From assembly GCA_045541305.1 (NCBI GenBank), contig JAZQIV010000176.1, positions 3,173-67,172 on the forward strand: a stretch of DNA of 64,000 nucleotides, written 5' to 3'. The position numbers and the translations under genes were made by a program. Position 1 is the first letter of the stretch. Each line of letters begins with the position of its first letter. Under the pieces are notes generated by a model. It was not told where the DNA came from. It worked only from the letters and a program-made list of their open reading frames with translations, and made no database searches. Below are positions 1 to 8,414 of the stretch, in pieces. The DNA is from Acutalibacteraceae bacterium. GTDB taxonomy: Bacteria; Bacillota; Clostridia; Oscillospirales; Acutalibacteraceae.

Positions 1-124
1 GGTTGAACACGAAGAAGGATATGGGATATTTCTCCGCTTCGGATGAGTTGCTCCAGACCTATCGCGACGTATGGGTGCAGAATAAATAAGTATCGAACGA
101 AACCGAGCGAAGGAGAAAAACGGT

Positions 125-1390
125 ATGGATTTTGTATTTCAATGCGAAAGCATCCGCACACATCCCGCCAACAGCGGACGTGATTTCACGGTAAACGGTC
201 GTATTGAGGAACAAGCACTGAAAAATTATCTTTCCCGCTCCGTGGTTGTGGAATCGCTGACGGCGAGGGATGATTTCACGGGGTGGATGAATACGCTGTT
301 TGCTGCAGGAGCGAAATATCTTGCGCGGTCGGCGGGGGCTTGGCACCCAAGCGCGGTGGAAGAAGCAAGGTTTGAGATGTATGCCCAACGGATTGAAGCC
401 GTGCACACGGTGGATCCTGATATGATCTTTGAATTTTGTATTTTTGAATGTGTTTCCGAAGAGGGCGTTGGTGGTATTGCCATTCCCGATTGGGTGTTTC
501 AGGCATTTGGCTTACCTGCCGAAGAGCGAAACTTTGATATGCACCGTATGACGTTTAAAGACGGCGCACACGTCGGGGACTACGGAGCGAAAACCTGCAA
601 TCCGGATATTACCCGCACGGAAACACAGATGTTTTATTACTACCGTGCGTGCCGCTTGATTGATGTTGGCTTTGAAGGTATTCACTGGGGGTCGATGCAT
701 ATTACCGGCGAACGTGATAAAGAAAACGGTTACGCCGATTGGACCAAAGTGGTAAACATGGTGCGTGAGTACGCAAAGCTGCATGCACGCAGAGGGTTTG
801 TGCTCCATAACGCTCACACGGTCGGCATTATGGGAGCAGACGGCAAGCTGCTGTTTGATTTTCATTGCAAGCCGACACGCGTTTATCCGCCGGCCAGTGC
901 ATCCGATCATATCCCAACGGAGAGCGAGCCACAGGAGGGGGTTATTTCGTTGACACCCCCGCTTCCGTTGCAAAACAAATACCTGTTCGGCAGAAGCCTC
1001 GGCGGCATGACACACAGCGGGTGGTCCTGCGAACGGTTACCGTATTTTTTGGAATTGGATAACTGGGGCGGTGTTCACCGCCAATATCAGGATACAACCG
1101 AATATCCCTATTGGCCGTGGGGGTATGACGAGATCAGTTGGTTTGTGCGCCAACCGCTTTGGTATCAACAGAAGTGGCTGGTATATGCTTACCAAACCAT
1201 ACACGAATTGGATTCACAGGCATTTTTCGAGATGCCGGGTATTCGTACGGCGTATCTTGCTGAACAGGATGCCGTGTCTACGTTTTACGCCTGTCCCGAC
1301 CTGTGGGACACCATTGGTGAGGTATGGGCGGCACATCACACGTCAGAACATCCCGAAGGATCGGTTGAACAGATCGGAGGGGTTGAATGA
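125..1390 (+). CDS. Hypothetical cytoplasmic protein, possibly glycoside-hydrolase-like; function unassigned
   Basis: 421-aa ORF with AAGGAG 9 nt upstream of the ATG. No signal peptide. No family motif recognised by eye. Confidence 0.6.
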   Translation: MDFVFQCESIRTHPANSGRDFTVNGRIEEQALKNYLSRSVVVESLTARDDFTGWMNTLFAAGAKYLARSAGAWHPSAVEEARFEMYAQRIEAVHTVDPDMIFEFCIFECVSEEGVGGIAIPDWVFQAFGLPAEERNFDMHRMTFKDGAHVGDYGAKTCNPDITRTETQMFYYYRACRLIDVGFEGIHWGSMHITGERDKENGYADWTKVVNMVREYAKLHARRGFVLHNAHTVGIMGADGKLLFDFHCKPTRVYPPASASDHIPTESEPQEGVISLTPPLPLQNKYLFGRSLGGMTHSGWSCERLPYFLELDNWGGVHRQYQDTTEYPYWPWGYDEISWFVRQPLWYQQKWLVYAYQTIHELDSQAFFEMPGIRTAYLAEQDAVSTFYACPDLWDTIGEVWAAHHTSEHPEGSVEQIGGVE

Positions 1391-1455
1391 AATATATCGC
1401 AGTTCCTTGTTATTCCCAAGTACAAAAACAACACTTTTTCAAGGAGGCACACACA

Positions 1456-3333
1456 ATGATGAAGCAAATTTCCCGCAAAACAATTTCTTTGATGTTGGTG
1501 GTTGCCATGCTGTTGGTGGCAGTCCCGAGTGCGATGGTCGTGTCGGCGGACACAACCGCAAAAACCACGGTGCATATGCCGTCGGTTTTGAACAATGCGA
1601 CGAACGGTATTGATACGTTCAAGAACATGGATCTTATGTCGGATTATGCCGGACGTAAAGAGCAGTATACCGTCGCTAAAAGCGATGCCAGCCAGGATCC
1701 GGACGGTTCGGAAATGATCTTTCTGTCCGCCACGGCTTACAGTGATATTTTGACCGGGATGACCGGCGAAAGCTATCGCGATTTTTATGGCACTGCCGGT
1801 CCTTGGTTTGCCTGGAACGTATACGGTGGTTCCACCATCACGTTTTTAGGCAGATTGAGCAAAAACGCTCTTTACCAGAATTTAGACAATTGCATGAACA
1901 ATGAGAACACCTTTAAGTTTCAGTATTGGGTAAACGGCAGTACACAAGGATGGATGACCGTTACTTCGGGTGTTACGCTCCAGCGTATCAGCAGCCAAAC
2001 CGATATTAATAATCTGAAAGATACGATTCCCGGAATTGATAACGAATTCCGCGGTACTGCCGGTACCACCAGACGTAATAACGATTTTAACAACTATGCG
2101 TTTGTTCTCAGCACATTTACATTGCCGGCGGAGGCTTGCGCAGTGCGTGTGGTGTTCCCGTGTATCGATAAAATGTTGTCAAATAACGGAAACGGTTATT
2201 TTTCCACCGGTTTGATGATGCGTGCTACCGGTGGTCAAGAGGCTGCTCCGACGGCATTTGAGGTGGATACTGCTTTGGGTGCTGACTTGAACAACGCAGC
2301 CGTGGCGGATTATTTGGGCGTGGGTGCTGTGTCCGGTGCTATTACCAGAAACGAGACGGCACCGGCCGCAGGAGAAGCGGCCAAAACATCCGCTTATGTT
2401 ACCTATGAGGTGAAAGGCGGTTCGCCTTTTGTGGTAAAAGGTCAGCTTACACCGTACGCAAGACGTTTTAATTTAAAATTTGAACTTTCTTGGTCTTCGG
2501 ATAACCAGAATTTTCAACCGTTGTATCCGCGTTACAGCTATGCCTATAACGCCGGTAGTAACAAGTATATTTTGACGGCTGCTTTGGCGGATATTCCGTA
2601 CAATGCACGGTATATTCGTGTGAAAAACCCTGTGGATTATAACAACCTGGGTATGACGCTGCCCGGCAATACGACCAAAACGTATGACTATACCTTGTGG
2701 GATACGCTTGGTATCATTGGTGTCTATTTCGATTCGGTAGACCATGCGAATAAACCTCAGATGCAGGGTGCTACGATCAGCACCGACGGTCAGGCAAAGC
2801 TTCGCTTCATGACCGAGCAGGGTATTGGTTTGCCGGAGGGCGCAAAGGTGGTTTCTTACGGTACGGTCATGATGCCGAACCAGTATATGGATCCTGCGAA
2901 GAAAGCGTATAAGCACGACGCTGCCTTGACGGTCGGCAACCCGTATGTGGCGACAGCGCGTGAAACAAGCGATACCTTGCCCGAAACGTGGGTAGCGCGT
3001 TTGTCCAACTCCGAGGCGTATTTGGGCGTGAAGATCGCGGCTCGTTCCTTTGTGGAGTACACGCTGGACGGTGGTGCGACTACGCAGATTATCTATGGTA
3101 ATACGCATGTGCGTGCGGTGTATCAGATCTCGTATGCGATGGCCACCGCTATTGTGGGCAAGAAAACCGAGATTGAAGACGGCGGAGTAGCGATCAACTG
3201 GACTGTGGCCGTTCCCAACACCACTGAAGAGGCGGCTGTTGCCTCCCTTGCTGCAGCAGACGTTCACACGTTCATTTTAGGTAATGTGGCGGCAGTGTCG
3301 TATTATGTCGAGCATTTCCAGAGTCAATCCTGA
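1456..3333 (+). CDS. Secreted multi-domain beta-sandwich (carbohydrate-binding-like) surface protein
   Basis: Start moved to the ATG at 1456 (AAGGAGG at 1441). Signal peptide MMKQISRKTISLMLVVAMLLVAVPSAMVVSA. It carries one copy of the ~200-aa domain repeated 4x in the 3961 gene (PWFAWNV...FLG...FKFQ..V.G..W...AVRVVFP...MMRATGG). It shares a second domain with that gene (TYVTYEVKGGSPF...WSSDNQNF.PL...GVYFD). It shares its C-terminal domain with the 39667 gene (PEGAKVVSYGTVMMP / GVKIAARSFVEY). Confidence 0.8.
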   Translation: MMKQISRKTISLMLVVAMLLVAVPSAMVVSADTTAKTTVHMPSVLNNATNGIDTFKNMDLMSDYAGRKEQYTVAKSDASQDPDGSEMIFLSATAYSDILTGMTGESYRDFYGTAGPWFAWNVYGGSTITFLGRLSKNALYQNLDNCMNNENTFKFQYWVNGSTQGWMTVTSGVTLQRISSQTDINNLKDTIPGIDNEFRGTAGTTRRNNDFNNYAFVLSTFTLPAEACAVRVVFPCIDKMLSNNGNGYFSTGLMMRATGGQEAAPTAFEVDTALGADLNNAAVADYLGVGAVSGAITRNETAPAAGEAAKTSAYVTYEVKGGSPFVVKGQLTPYARRFNLKFELSWSSDNQNFQPLYPRYSYAYNAGSNKYILTAALADIPYNARYIRVKNPVDYNNLGMTLPGNTTKTYDYTLWDTLGIIGVYFDSVDHANKPQMQGATISTDGQAKLRFMTEQGIGLPEGAKVVSYGTVMMPNQYMDPAKKAYKHDAALTVGNPYVATARETSDTLPETWVARLSNSEAYLGVKIAARSFVEYTLDGGATTQIIYGNTHVRAVYQISYAMATAIVGKKTEIEDGGVAINWTVAVPNTTEEAAVASLAAADVHTFILGNVAAVSYYVEHFQSQS

Positions 3334-3362
3334 TTAAGCGATATTTGAGAAAGGATGCGAAC

Positions 3363-3494
3363 ATGATGAAAAAACGTTACACAACGCCGCTCATGGATGT
3401 CGTGTGTGAACAGGTGAAAGAGTTCTTTACCACCAGCGATTTGGTCACGGACGGAAGCTGGGATAACAGTGATTTGGAAAATGATTACAACTGA
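3363..3494 (+). CDS. Unannotated 43-codon mini-ORF (acidic peptide MMKKRYTTPLMDVVCEQVKEFFTTSDLVTDGSWDNSDLENDYN)
   Basis: Hand-translated; below the ORF-track length cutoff. AAAGGA lies ~7 nt upstream. A paralogous mini-ORF sits at 41234-41362 in the same gene context, sharing KK.Y..P at the N-terminus and NS(D/E)(D)L..D at the C-terminus. Confidence 0.5.
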   Translation: MMKKRYTTPLMDVVCEQVKEFFTTSDLVTDGSWDNSDLENDYN

Positions 3495-3921
3495 TTGTCC
3501 GAAAAAAGCGGCCACTTTATTGTTGATTGTGGCAGTTGTCATCCTTGCATGTAGCGGGTGCGCGCCCGTTCATATCACGGATACGCCCACTTCCACCATA
3601 ACCACTACCACTGCGGATTTGGTTCTGGACGCAGGCGATCAATGGACAGATTTGGAGCAGGATGCTTTTGAAGAGGAAGATGGTATCGGGGGAGAGAGCC
3701 GGACGGTTGCCCCTGATACCACAACCGCTGCCAACAGCACTGCGGCAGGAACGCAGGTCACAACAAGCAGCGTGACAAGTGGTAAAACTTCGACTGTTGG
3801 ATCAGGTTCACAAACTGGTACGGTGAAAACCGATACAACAAATTCGGTGAGTCAAAATACAACGTCCAAGGACGTAACAACGACTACGGTCGATCGCGAG
3901 TATATGCCCGGTGTTTGGTGA
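3481..3921 (+). CDS. Thr/Ser-rich lipoprotein
   Basis: Lipobox-like VVILACSGC after a hydrophobic segment, then long low-complexity T/S tracts. The start is ambiguous (GTG 3469 or ATG 3481) and overlaps the end of the mini-ORF. Confidence 0.65.
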   Translation: MITTDCPKKAATLLLIVAVVILACSGCAPVHITDTPTSTITTTTADLVLDAGDQWTDLEQDAFEEEDGIGGESRTVAPDTTTAANSTAAGTQVTTSSVTSGKTSTVGSGSQTGTVKTDTTNSVSQNTTSKDVTTTTVDREYMPGVW

Positions 3922-3960
3922 TCTTTGTGACATGCCGCCAATCAACGGTAAGGGGAGAAA

Positions 3961-6900
3961 ATGATGAACATGCCGATTCACAATTTTGAACGCAGATTGT
4001 GTTCGATTCTGGCCGTGTGCTGTTTGCTCACAGTCATGGTATTGCCATGTCTGTTAGTCGGTGCGCAGGAGCCGGAGTATGTTACGCAGGATGTGGCTGC
4101 GCTGGAAGGGACCGATACCCTTGCCAATGCGAGCAAAATGTCCGGTTATGCGGGAAAAATCGCGCAGTATCAGTTTGAACACAGCGGAAATGCTGTTCGT
4201 ATGCACTATGCATGGAATGTTGCGGGTACGATGACACCGAGCTATTACGGCGATTTGTTGGCGCCGTGGATGTCCTGGAAAATCGCGAACGGTGCCAACA
4301 TCGAGTTTTTAGGTCTGTTCCATAAGGACGTCCCCGGCATTACGACAGAAATCGGCTTTGCCAATGCGGACAATCATTTCCGTTTTCAGACGTCTGTTGA
4401 TGGGCAAACTTGGACGGATATGGGTTCCGTGACGATTGATAAGATCGTGAACGAAACCGAAGCAACCGCCAAAAACGTGCGGGATGAATTCCGCGATGTC
4501 GATTTGACGGGTAACTGGGTAGGCGCTCTGTATACTTTCACGGCACCTGCCACAGCAACAGCAGTACGTGTAGTGTTCCCCAAGGGGTTGACCGAGCTTT
4601 CGCTCAGCAGCGGCAATCATTGGTTGGTAAACGCCATGATGATGCGCACAAGCGGAGGCGGAACGCCGCCTCCCACACCGCCCGTGCAGCCTGAGTTTGT
4701 GACACAGGATGTTCCGGCGTTAGAGGGAACGGATACCCTTGCCAATGTGAGCAAAATGTCCGGTTATGCGGGAAAAATTGCGCAATATCAGTTTGAACAC
4801 AGCGGAAACACCGTCCGCATGCACTATGCGTGGAATGTTACGGGCACGATTACGCCGAGCTATTACGGCGAGTTGTTGGCACCGTGGATGTCCTGGAATA
4901 TCACGAGTGGTAACAAAATCGAGTTTTTAGGTTTGTTCCACAAGGATGTTCCCGGCATTACAACCGAAATCGGCTTTGCCAATGCAGATAATCATTTCCG
5001 CATCCAGACATCTGTTGACGGTCAAACTTGGACCGATGTGGAGGCAAGTGATTTAACCATCGATAAGATCGTGAACGAAACCGAGGCAACCGCCAAAAAT
5101 GTGCGGGACGAATTTCGCGATGCCGATCTCACAGGTAACTGGGTTGGCGCTCTGTACAGCTTCACGGCACCTGCCACAGCAACAGCCGTGCGTGTGGTGT
5201 TCCCGAAGGGGTTGACCGAGCTTTCGCTTCAAAACGGCAATCACTGGTTGGTGAACGCCATGATGATGCGTGCTACCGCGATGGATGATGACGATGATGG
5301 ACCGGGACCTGTTACCGAATTGGATCACGTGGTGCAGGATGCGGCCGCGTTGGATGGCACCGATACCATCAAGAATCTTAGCAAAGTATATAGTTACGTA
5401 GGTGCACCTCAACAGTATCAGTTTGAGCACGACGGCAATGCCGTTCGTATGCACTATTCGTGGAATGTGGCCGGTACGCTCACACCGGCTCACTACGGCG
5501 AGCTGGCTGCACCGTGGCTGGTATGGAAGATCAACGCCGGTGCCAAAGTTGAGTTTTTGGGATTGTTCCACAAAGACGTTCCCGGTATTATGACCGACAT
5601 TGGTTTTGCAAATGCGGATAATCACTTCCGTTTTCAAACCTCTGTTGATGGTCAAACATGGGTAGATATGGGTTCTGTAACGATCGATAAGATCGTGGAC
5701 GAAACCACGGCCACCGCTAAAAACGTACGAGACGAATTCCGTGATGCCGATCTGACGGGTAATTGGATTGGTGCGTTGTATACCTTTACGGCACCCGAAA
5801 CCGCCATCGCGGTGCGTGTTGTGTTTCCGAAAGGGCTTACGGAATTATCGCTTCAAAACGGCAATCACTGGCTGGTCAACGCCATGATGATACGTACCGA
5901 AGGCGGTGTTGTCGATAACACCGCTCCCGAGCAGGTTGGCATCGTGCTGCCGAAAGACGGCGATCCCAATAAGGTAACGCTGGATACCAATGTTTTGAGC
6001 GGCACGGATTCCATTGAGAATTTTGATAAGATGTCGGATTGGGCAGGCAAGGGTTTGCACTATCAGTTTGAACACAGCGGCGATATTTCCCGTTTGCATT
6101 ATTCATGGAACATCGCCGGAACGATCTTGCCGGAATACTACGGCGAGCTGGCGGCACCGTGGTTGTCGTGGAATGTGAACACCGGGGCGGATGTCCAATT
6201 CTTAGGGTTATTGCATAAAAATGTGCCGGATATCATGACGGACGCCGGCTTTGCAAATGCGGATAATCACTTCCGTTTCCAATCATCTGCAGACGGGAAA
6301 ACCTGGGTTACGCTTGACAAGTCAGCTGTGACCATCAATAAGATCACGACCGCTGCCGAAGCGTCTCAGCACAAGGTTCTCAATGAGTTCCGCGAAGGTG
6401 ATTTGAACGGCAATTGGGTAGGTGTGCTGTATTCTTTCACGCTTCCCCAAAACCATACCGCTGTGCGCGTGATGTTCCCGAAGGGATTGACCGAACTTTC
6501 TTTGAAGCGGGATAACCATTGGCTGGTCAGTGCCATGATGTTCCGCTCCACAGGCGGTACGGCACCGACGCCGATCCAAACCGATAAAGAATTATTCGGT
6601 GCTGATTTAATTGATCTGGAATCGATTTACGTGGCAGACAGTCAATGCATGGCGCTCGGATACATCAACGAGGTTGACCACTTATGCATGGACTTTGAAA
6701 ACATGCCGGAGGAAGAGGGCGCACCGGTATTCGAATCGACGTATGTCACCTACCGTGTGAAACCTGGTTCTTCTTTCGGTGTGCGCGGCGTTCTCGGCGA
6801 TAGCGGGCGAGCCATCTCAATGCGGCTTCGCTTGTATTGGTCTGCGGACAACCGTTCCTTTACGCCCTTAGATGCCGACACTGTCTTTGTGTCTGAAAGC

Positions 6901-7278
6901 GGGCTGGGTGCCAACCGTTATGATTTCATGAGCATTGTAAAGGCTCTTCCGCAAACGGCCAAATATGTCAAAGTGGAATTGCCGATCGATTACAATTACA
7001 CGGGCGGAGAGATTCCCGGCTTAACCGAAGGGCATGGCGGCACTCTGGTAGATGCCGTGTTACTCACGGGTGTTTATTTGGATGTCGATTCGGATTTCGT
7101 AGAAGAGGATGACACCGATATCGAGGATGAAGACGGCGAAGCCGATACGGATATCGACGATGATGACTCCGTCGAAAATCCTGTTACCGGTGAAGCGCAT
7201 GAACCTAGCGCGTGGGTGTTGATCGGTTTGATCGTTTCCGCAACTGCGGCTTGCTTCCTTCGCAAAAAAGTGGTATAA
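3961..7278 (+). CDS. Large cell-surface protein: signal peptide, 4 tandem ~206-215-aa beta-sandwich-like repeats, C-terminal domain, acidic tract, NPVTG-type sorting signal
   Basis: 1105-aa ORF with GGGGAG before the ATG and an N-terminal hydrophobic signal. The internal repeats are visible at both protein and DNA level. The C-terminus reads NPVTG + hydrophobic stretch + RKKVV. Confidence 0.9.
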   Translation: MMNMPIHNFERRLCSILAVCCLLTVMVLPCLLVGAQEPEYVTQDVAALEGTDTLANASKMSGYAGKIAQYQFEHSGNAVRMHYAWNVAGTMTPSYYGDLLAPWMSWKIANGANIEFLGLFHKDVPGITTEIGFANADNHFRFQTSVDGQTWTDMGSVTIDKIVNETEATAKNVRDEFRDVDLTGNWVGALYTFTAPATATAVRVVFPKGLTELSLSSGNHWLVNAMMMRTSGGGTPPPTPPVQPEFVTQDVPALEGTDTLANVSKMSGYAGKIAQYQFEHSGNTVRMHYAWNVTGTITPSYYGELLAPWMSWNITSGNKIEFLGLFHKDVPGITTEIGFANADNHFRIQTSVDGQTWTDVEASDLTIDKIVNETEATAKNVRDEFRDADLTGNWVGALYSFTAPATATAVRVVFPKGLTELSLQNGNHWLVNAMMMRATAMDDDDDGPGPVTELDHVVQDAAALDGTDTIKNLSKVYSYVGAPQQYQFEHDGNAVRMHYSWNVAGTLTPAHYGELAAPWLVWKINAGAKVEFLGLFHKDVPGIMTDIGFANADNHFRFQTSVDGQTWVDMGSVTIDKIVDETTATAKNVRDEFRDADLTGNWIGALYTFTAPETAIAVRVVFPKGLTELSLQNGNHWLVNAMMIRTEGGVVDNTAPEQVGIVLPKDGDPNKVTLDTNVLSGTDSIENFDKMSDWAGKGLHYQFEHSGDISRLHYSWNIAGTILPEYYGELAAPWLSWNVNTGADVQFLGLLHKNVPDIMTDAGFANADNHFRFQSSADGKTWVTLDKSAVTINKITTAAEASQHKVLNEFREGDLNGNWVGVLYSFTLPQNHTAVRVMFPKGLTELSLKRDNHWLVSAMMFRSTGGTAPTPIQTDKELFGADLIDLESIYVADSQCMALGYINEVDHLCMDFENMPEEEGAPVFESTYVTYRVKPGSSFGVRGVLGDSGRAISMRLRLYWSADNRSFTPLDADTVFVSESGLGANRYDFMSIVKALPQTAKYVKVELPIDYNYTGGEIPGLTEGHGGTLVDAVLLTGVYLDVDSDFVEEDDTDIEDEDGEADTDIDDDDSVENPVTGEAHEPSAWVLIGLIVSATAACFLRKKVV
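4069..6555 (+). repeat. Four in-frame tandem repeats inside the 3961 gene (periods 618, 630 and 645 bp)
   Basis: The landmark codons ACC/ACG-GAT recur at 4114, 4732, 5362 and 6007. Repeats 1 and 2 are roughly 85-90% identical at the nucleotide level by eye; repeats 3 and 4 are more diverged. Confidence 0.85.
7177..7278 (+). other. Sortase-type cell-wall sorting signal (NPVTG-EAHEPSA-WVLIGLIVSATAACFL-RKKVV)
   Basis: A pentapeptide of the [LN]PxTG type, followed by ~17 hydrophobic residues and a basic tail at the extreme C-terminus. Confidence 0.55.
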
Positions 7279-7295
7279 TAAACCATTACCATATT

Positions 7296-7335
7296 TTACC
7301 GTTTCCGGCGCCCGTTCAGGTGCCGGAAACGGTAA
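7296..7335 (+). terminator. Perfect 14-bp stem hairpin between the surface-protein gene and the LacI gene (no U-tract)
   Basis: ttaccgtttccggc (7296-7309) pairs with gccggaaacggtaa (7322-7335) around a 12-nt loop. It is not followed by a T-run, so its role as a terminator is uncertain. Confidence 0.35.
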
Positions 7336-7351
7336 AGCGGGAGGAATTACA

Positions 7352-8380
7352 ATGAGCATGACGGTAAAAGAGATTGCAGCCTGTGTAGGGGTGTCCCGAG
7401 CAACGGTATATCGGGTCATGAGCGGCCATCCGTATGTGAAACCCGAAATTCGCAAAGTTGTTGAGGAGTATATTGCCAAATACGGATGTTCTCCCAATAC
7501 GATGGGCAAGGGCCTTGCCTTAAAAAAGCAGGAACTCAAGATTTCGATTGTTGTCAGTGATCTCGAAGACGAGTTTTATACCGATATTTGCAGCGGTGCG
7601 TATGAAGCATACGAGCGCATCAAAGATTCCGGTGTCGCTATTGAAATCTTGGAGATGCACGACGGCATTTCCGGAAAAGAAACCGAGGCGATACGGCGTG
7701 CGATCCAAAGTCGCACATCGGCACTTGCTATTGCGCCGATTAAAACAAATGAAATGACAGAAGCCAGTCGCGAATTATCGGAAGCAGGAATACCGTTGGT
7801 TACCTTTGCGGCGGATATTGATAAAGAAGATCGCCTGTTTTATGTGGGGCACAAGAATTACCAAAGCGGCCGCACGTGCGGTTATATGATGGATCAGTAT
7901 TTGTCCGGAAAGGGGAAAGTATTGGTCTTGGAAGCGTTAATGAACAGCGATGCGCATAATCAGCGTCATTGCGGATTCCGGGATTATTTGGCCGAAAATT
8001 CTCCCCATATTCAAATGGTGGATTACATTGATGTTAAAAACGATCACGAGATCGCCTACCGGGCGGTTTTGTCGGTTTTACAGCAACATCCAGATCTTGC
8101 CGGTATCTATATTGTATCGCGCGGTATAAGCGGTGCTGTGAGAGCCTTGAAAGAAAAGCATTTGGAGAAGCAAGTGCGCGTGTTTGCGTATGACCTGACG
8201 CGTGAAACCCGGCAATATTTGCAGGATGGTTCGCTGGATGTGGTGATACAACAAGACCCCGTTCAGCAGGGGCGTGTGATTGTGGAAACGCTTTATCAGT
8301 ATTTGATCAATCAACAAAAACCGATGAACGATTCCTATTGTACGGACACGGTCATCACGGTGAAAGAGATGCTGGAATAA
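7352..8380 (+). CDS. LacI-family transcriptional regulator
   Basis: N-terminal HTH VKEIAACVGVSRATVYRVMSG followed by a periplasmic-binding-protein-like sugar-binding fold. GGGAGG ribosome-binding site. Confidence 0.9.
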   Translation: MSMTVKEIAACVGVSRATVYRVMSGHPYVKPEIRKVVEEYIAKYGCSPNTMGKGLALKKQELKISIVVSDLEDEFYTDICSGAYEAYERIKDSGVAIEILEMHDGISGKETEAIRRAIQSRTSALAIAPIKTNEMTEASRELSEAGIPLVTFAADIDKEDRLFYVGHKNYQSGRTCGYMMDQYLSGKGKVLVLEALMNSDAHNQRHCGFRDYLAENSPHIQMVDYIDVKNDHEIAYRAVLSVLQQHPDLAGIYIVSRGISGAVRALKEKHLEKQVRVFAYDLTRETRQYLQDGSLDVVIQQDPVQQGRVIVETLYQYLINQQKPMNDSYCTDTVITVKEMLE

Positions 8381-8414
8381 TAAATAGCACAGGTAAGAGG
8401 AAGGGAAAACAACC

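Noticed and set aside
3-89. An open frame running from the window edge to a TAA at 87-89 (…DELLQTYRDVWVQNK*), possibly the 3' end of an upstream gene.
   Set aside because: Only 28 codons are visible and no motif is recognisable. The evidence is too thin to call as a feature.
3363-3494. The mini-ORFs as RiPP or bacteriocin precursors.
   Set aside because: No radical-SAM, lanthipeptide, cyclodehydratase, peptidase-transporter or immunity genes are nearby. The peptides have 0-1 Cys and no Gly-Gly-type leader cleavage motif. They are kept as mini-ORFs of unknown role instead.
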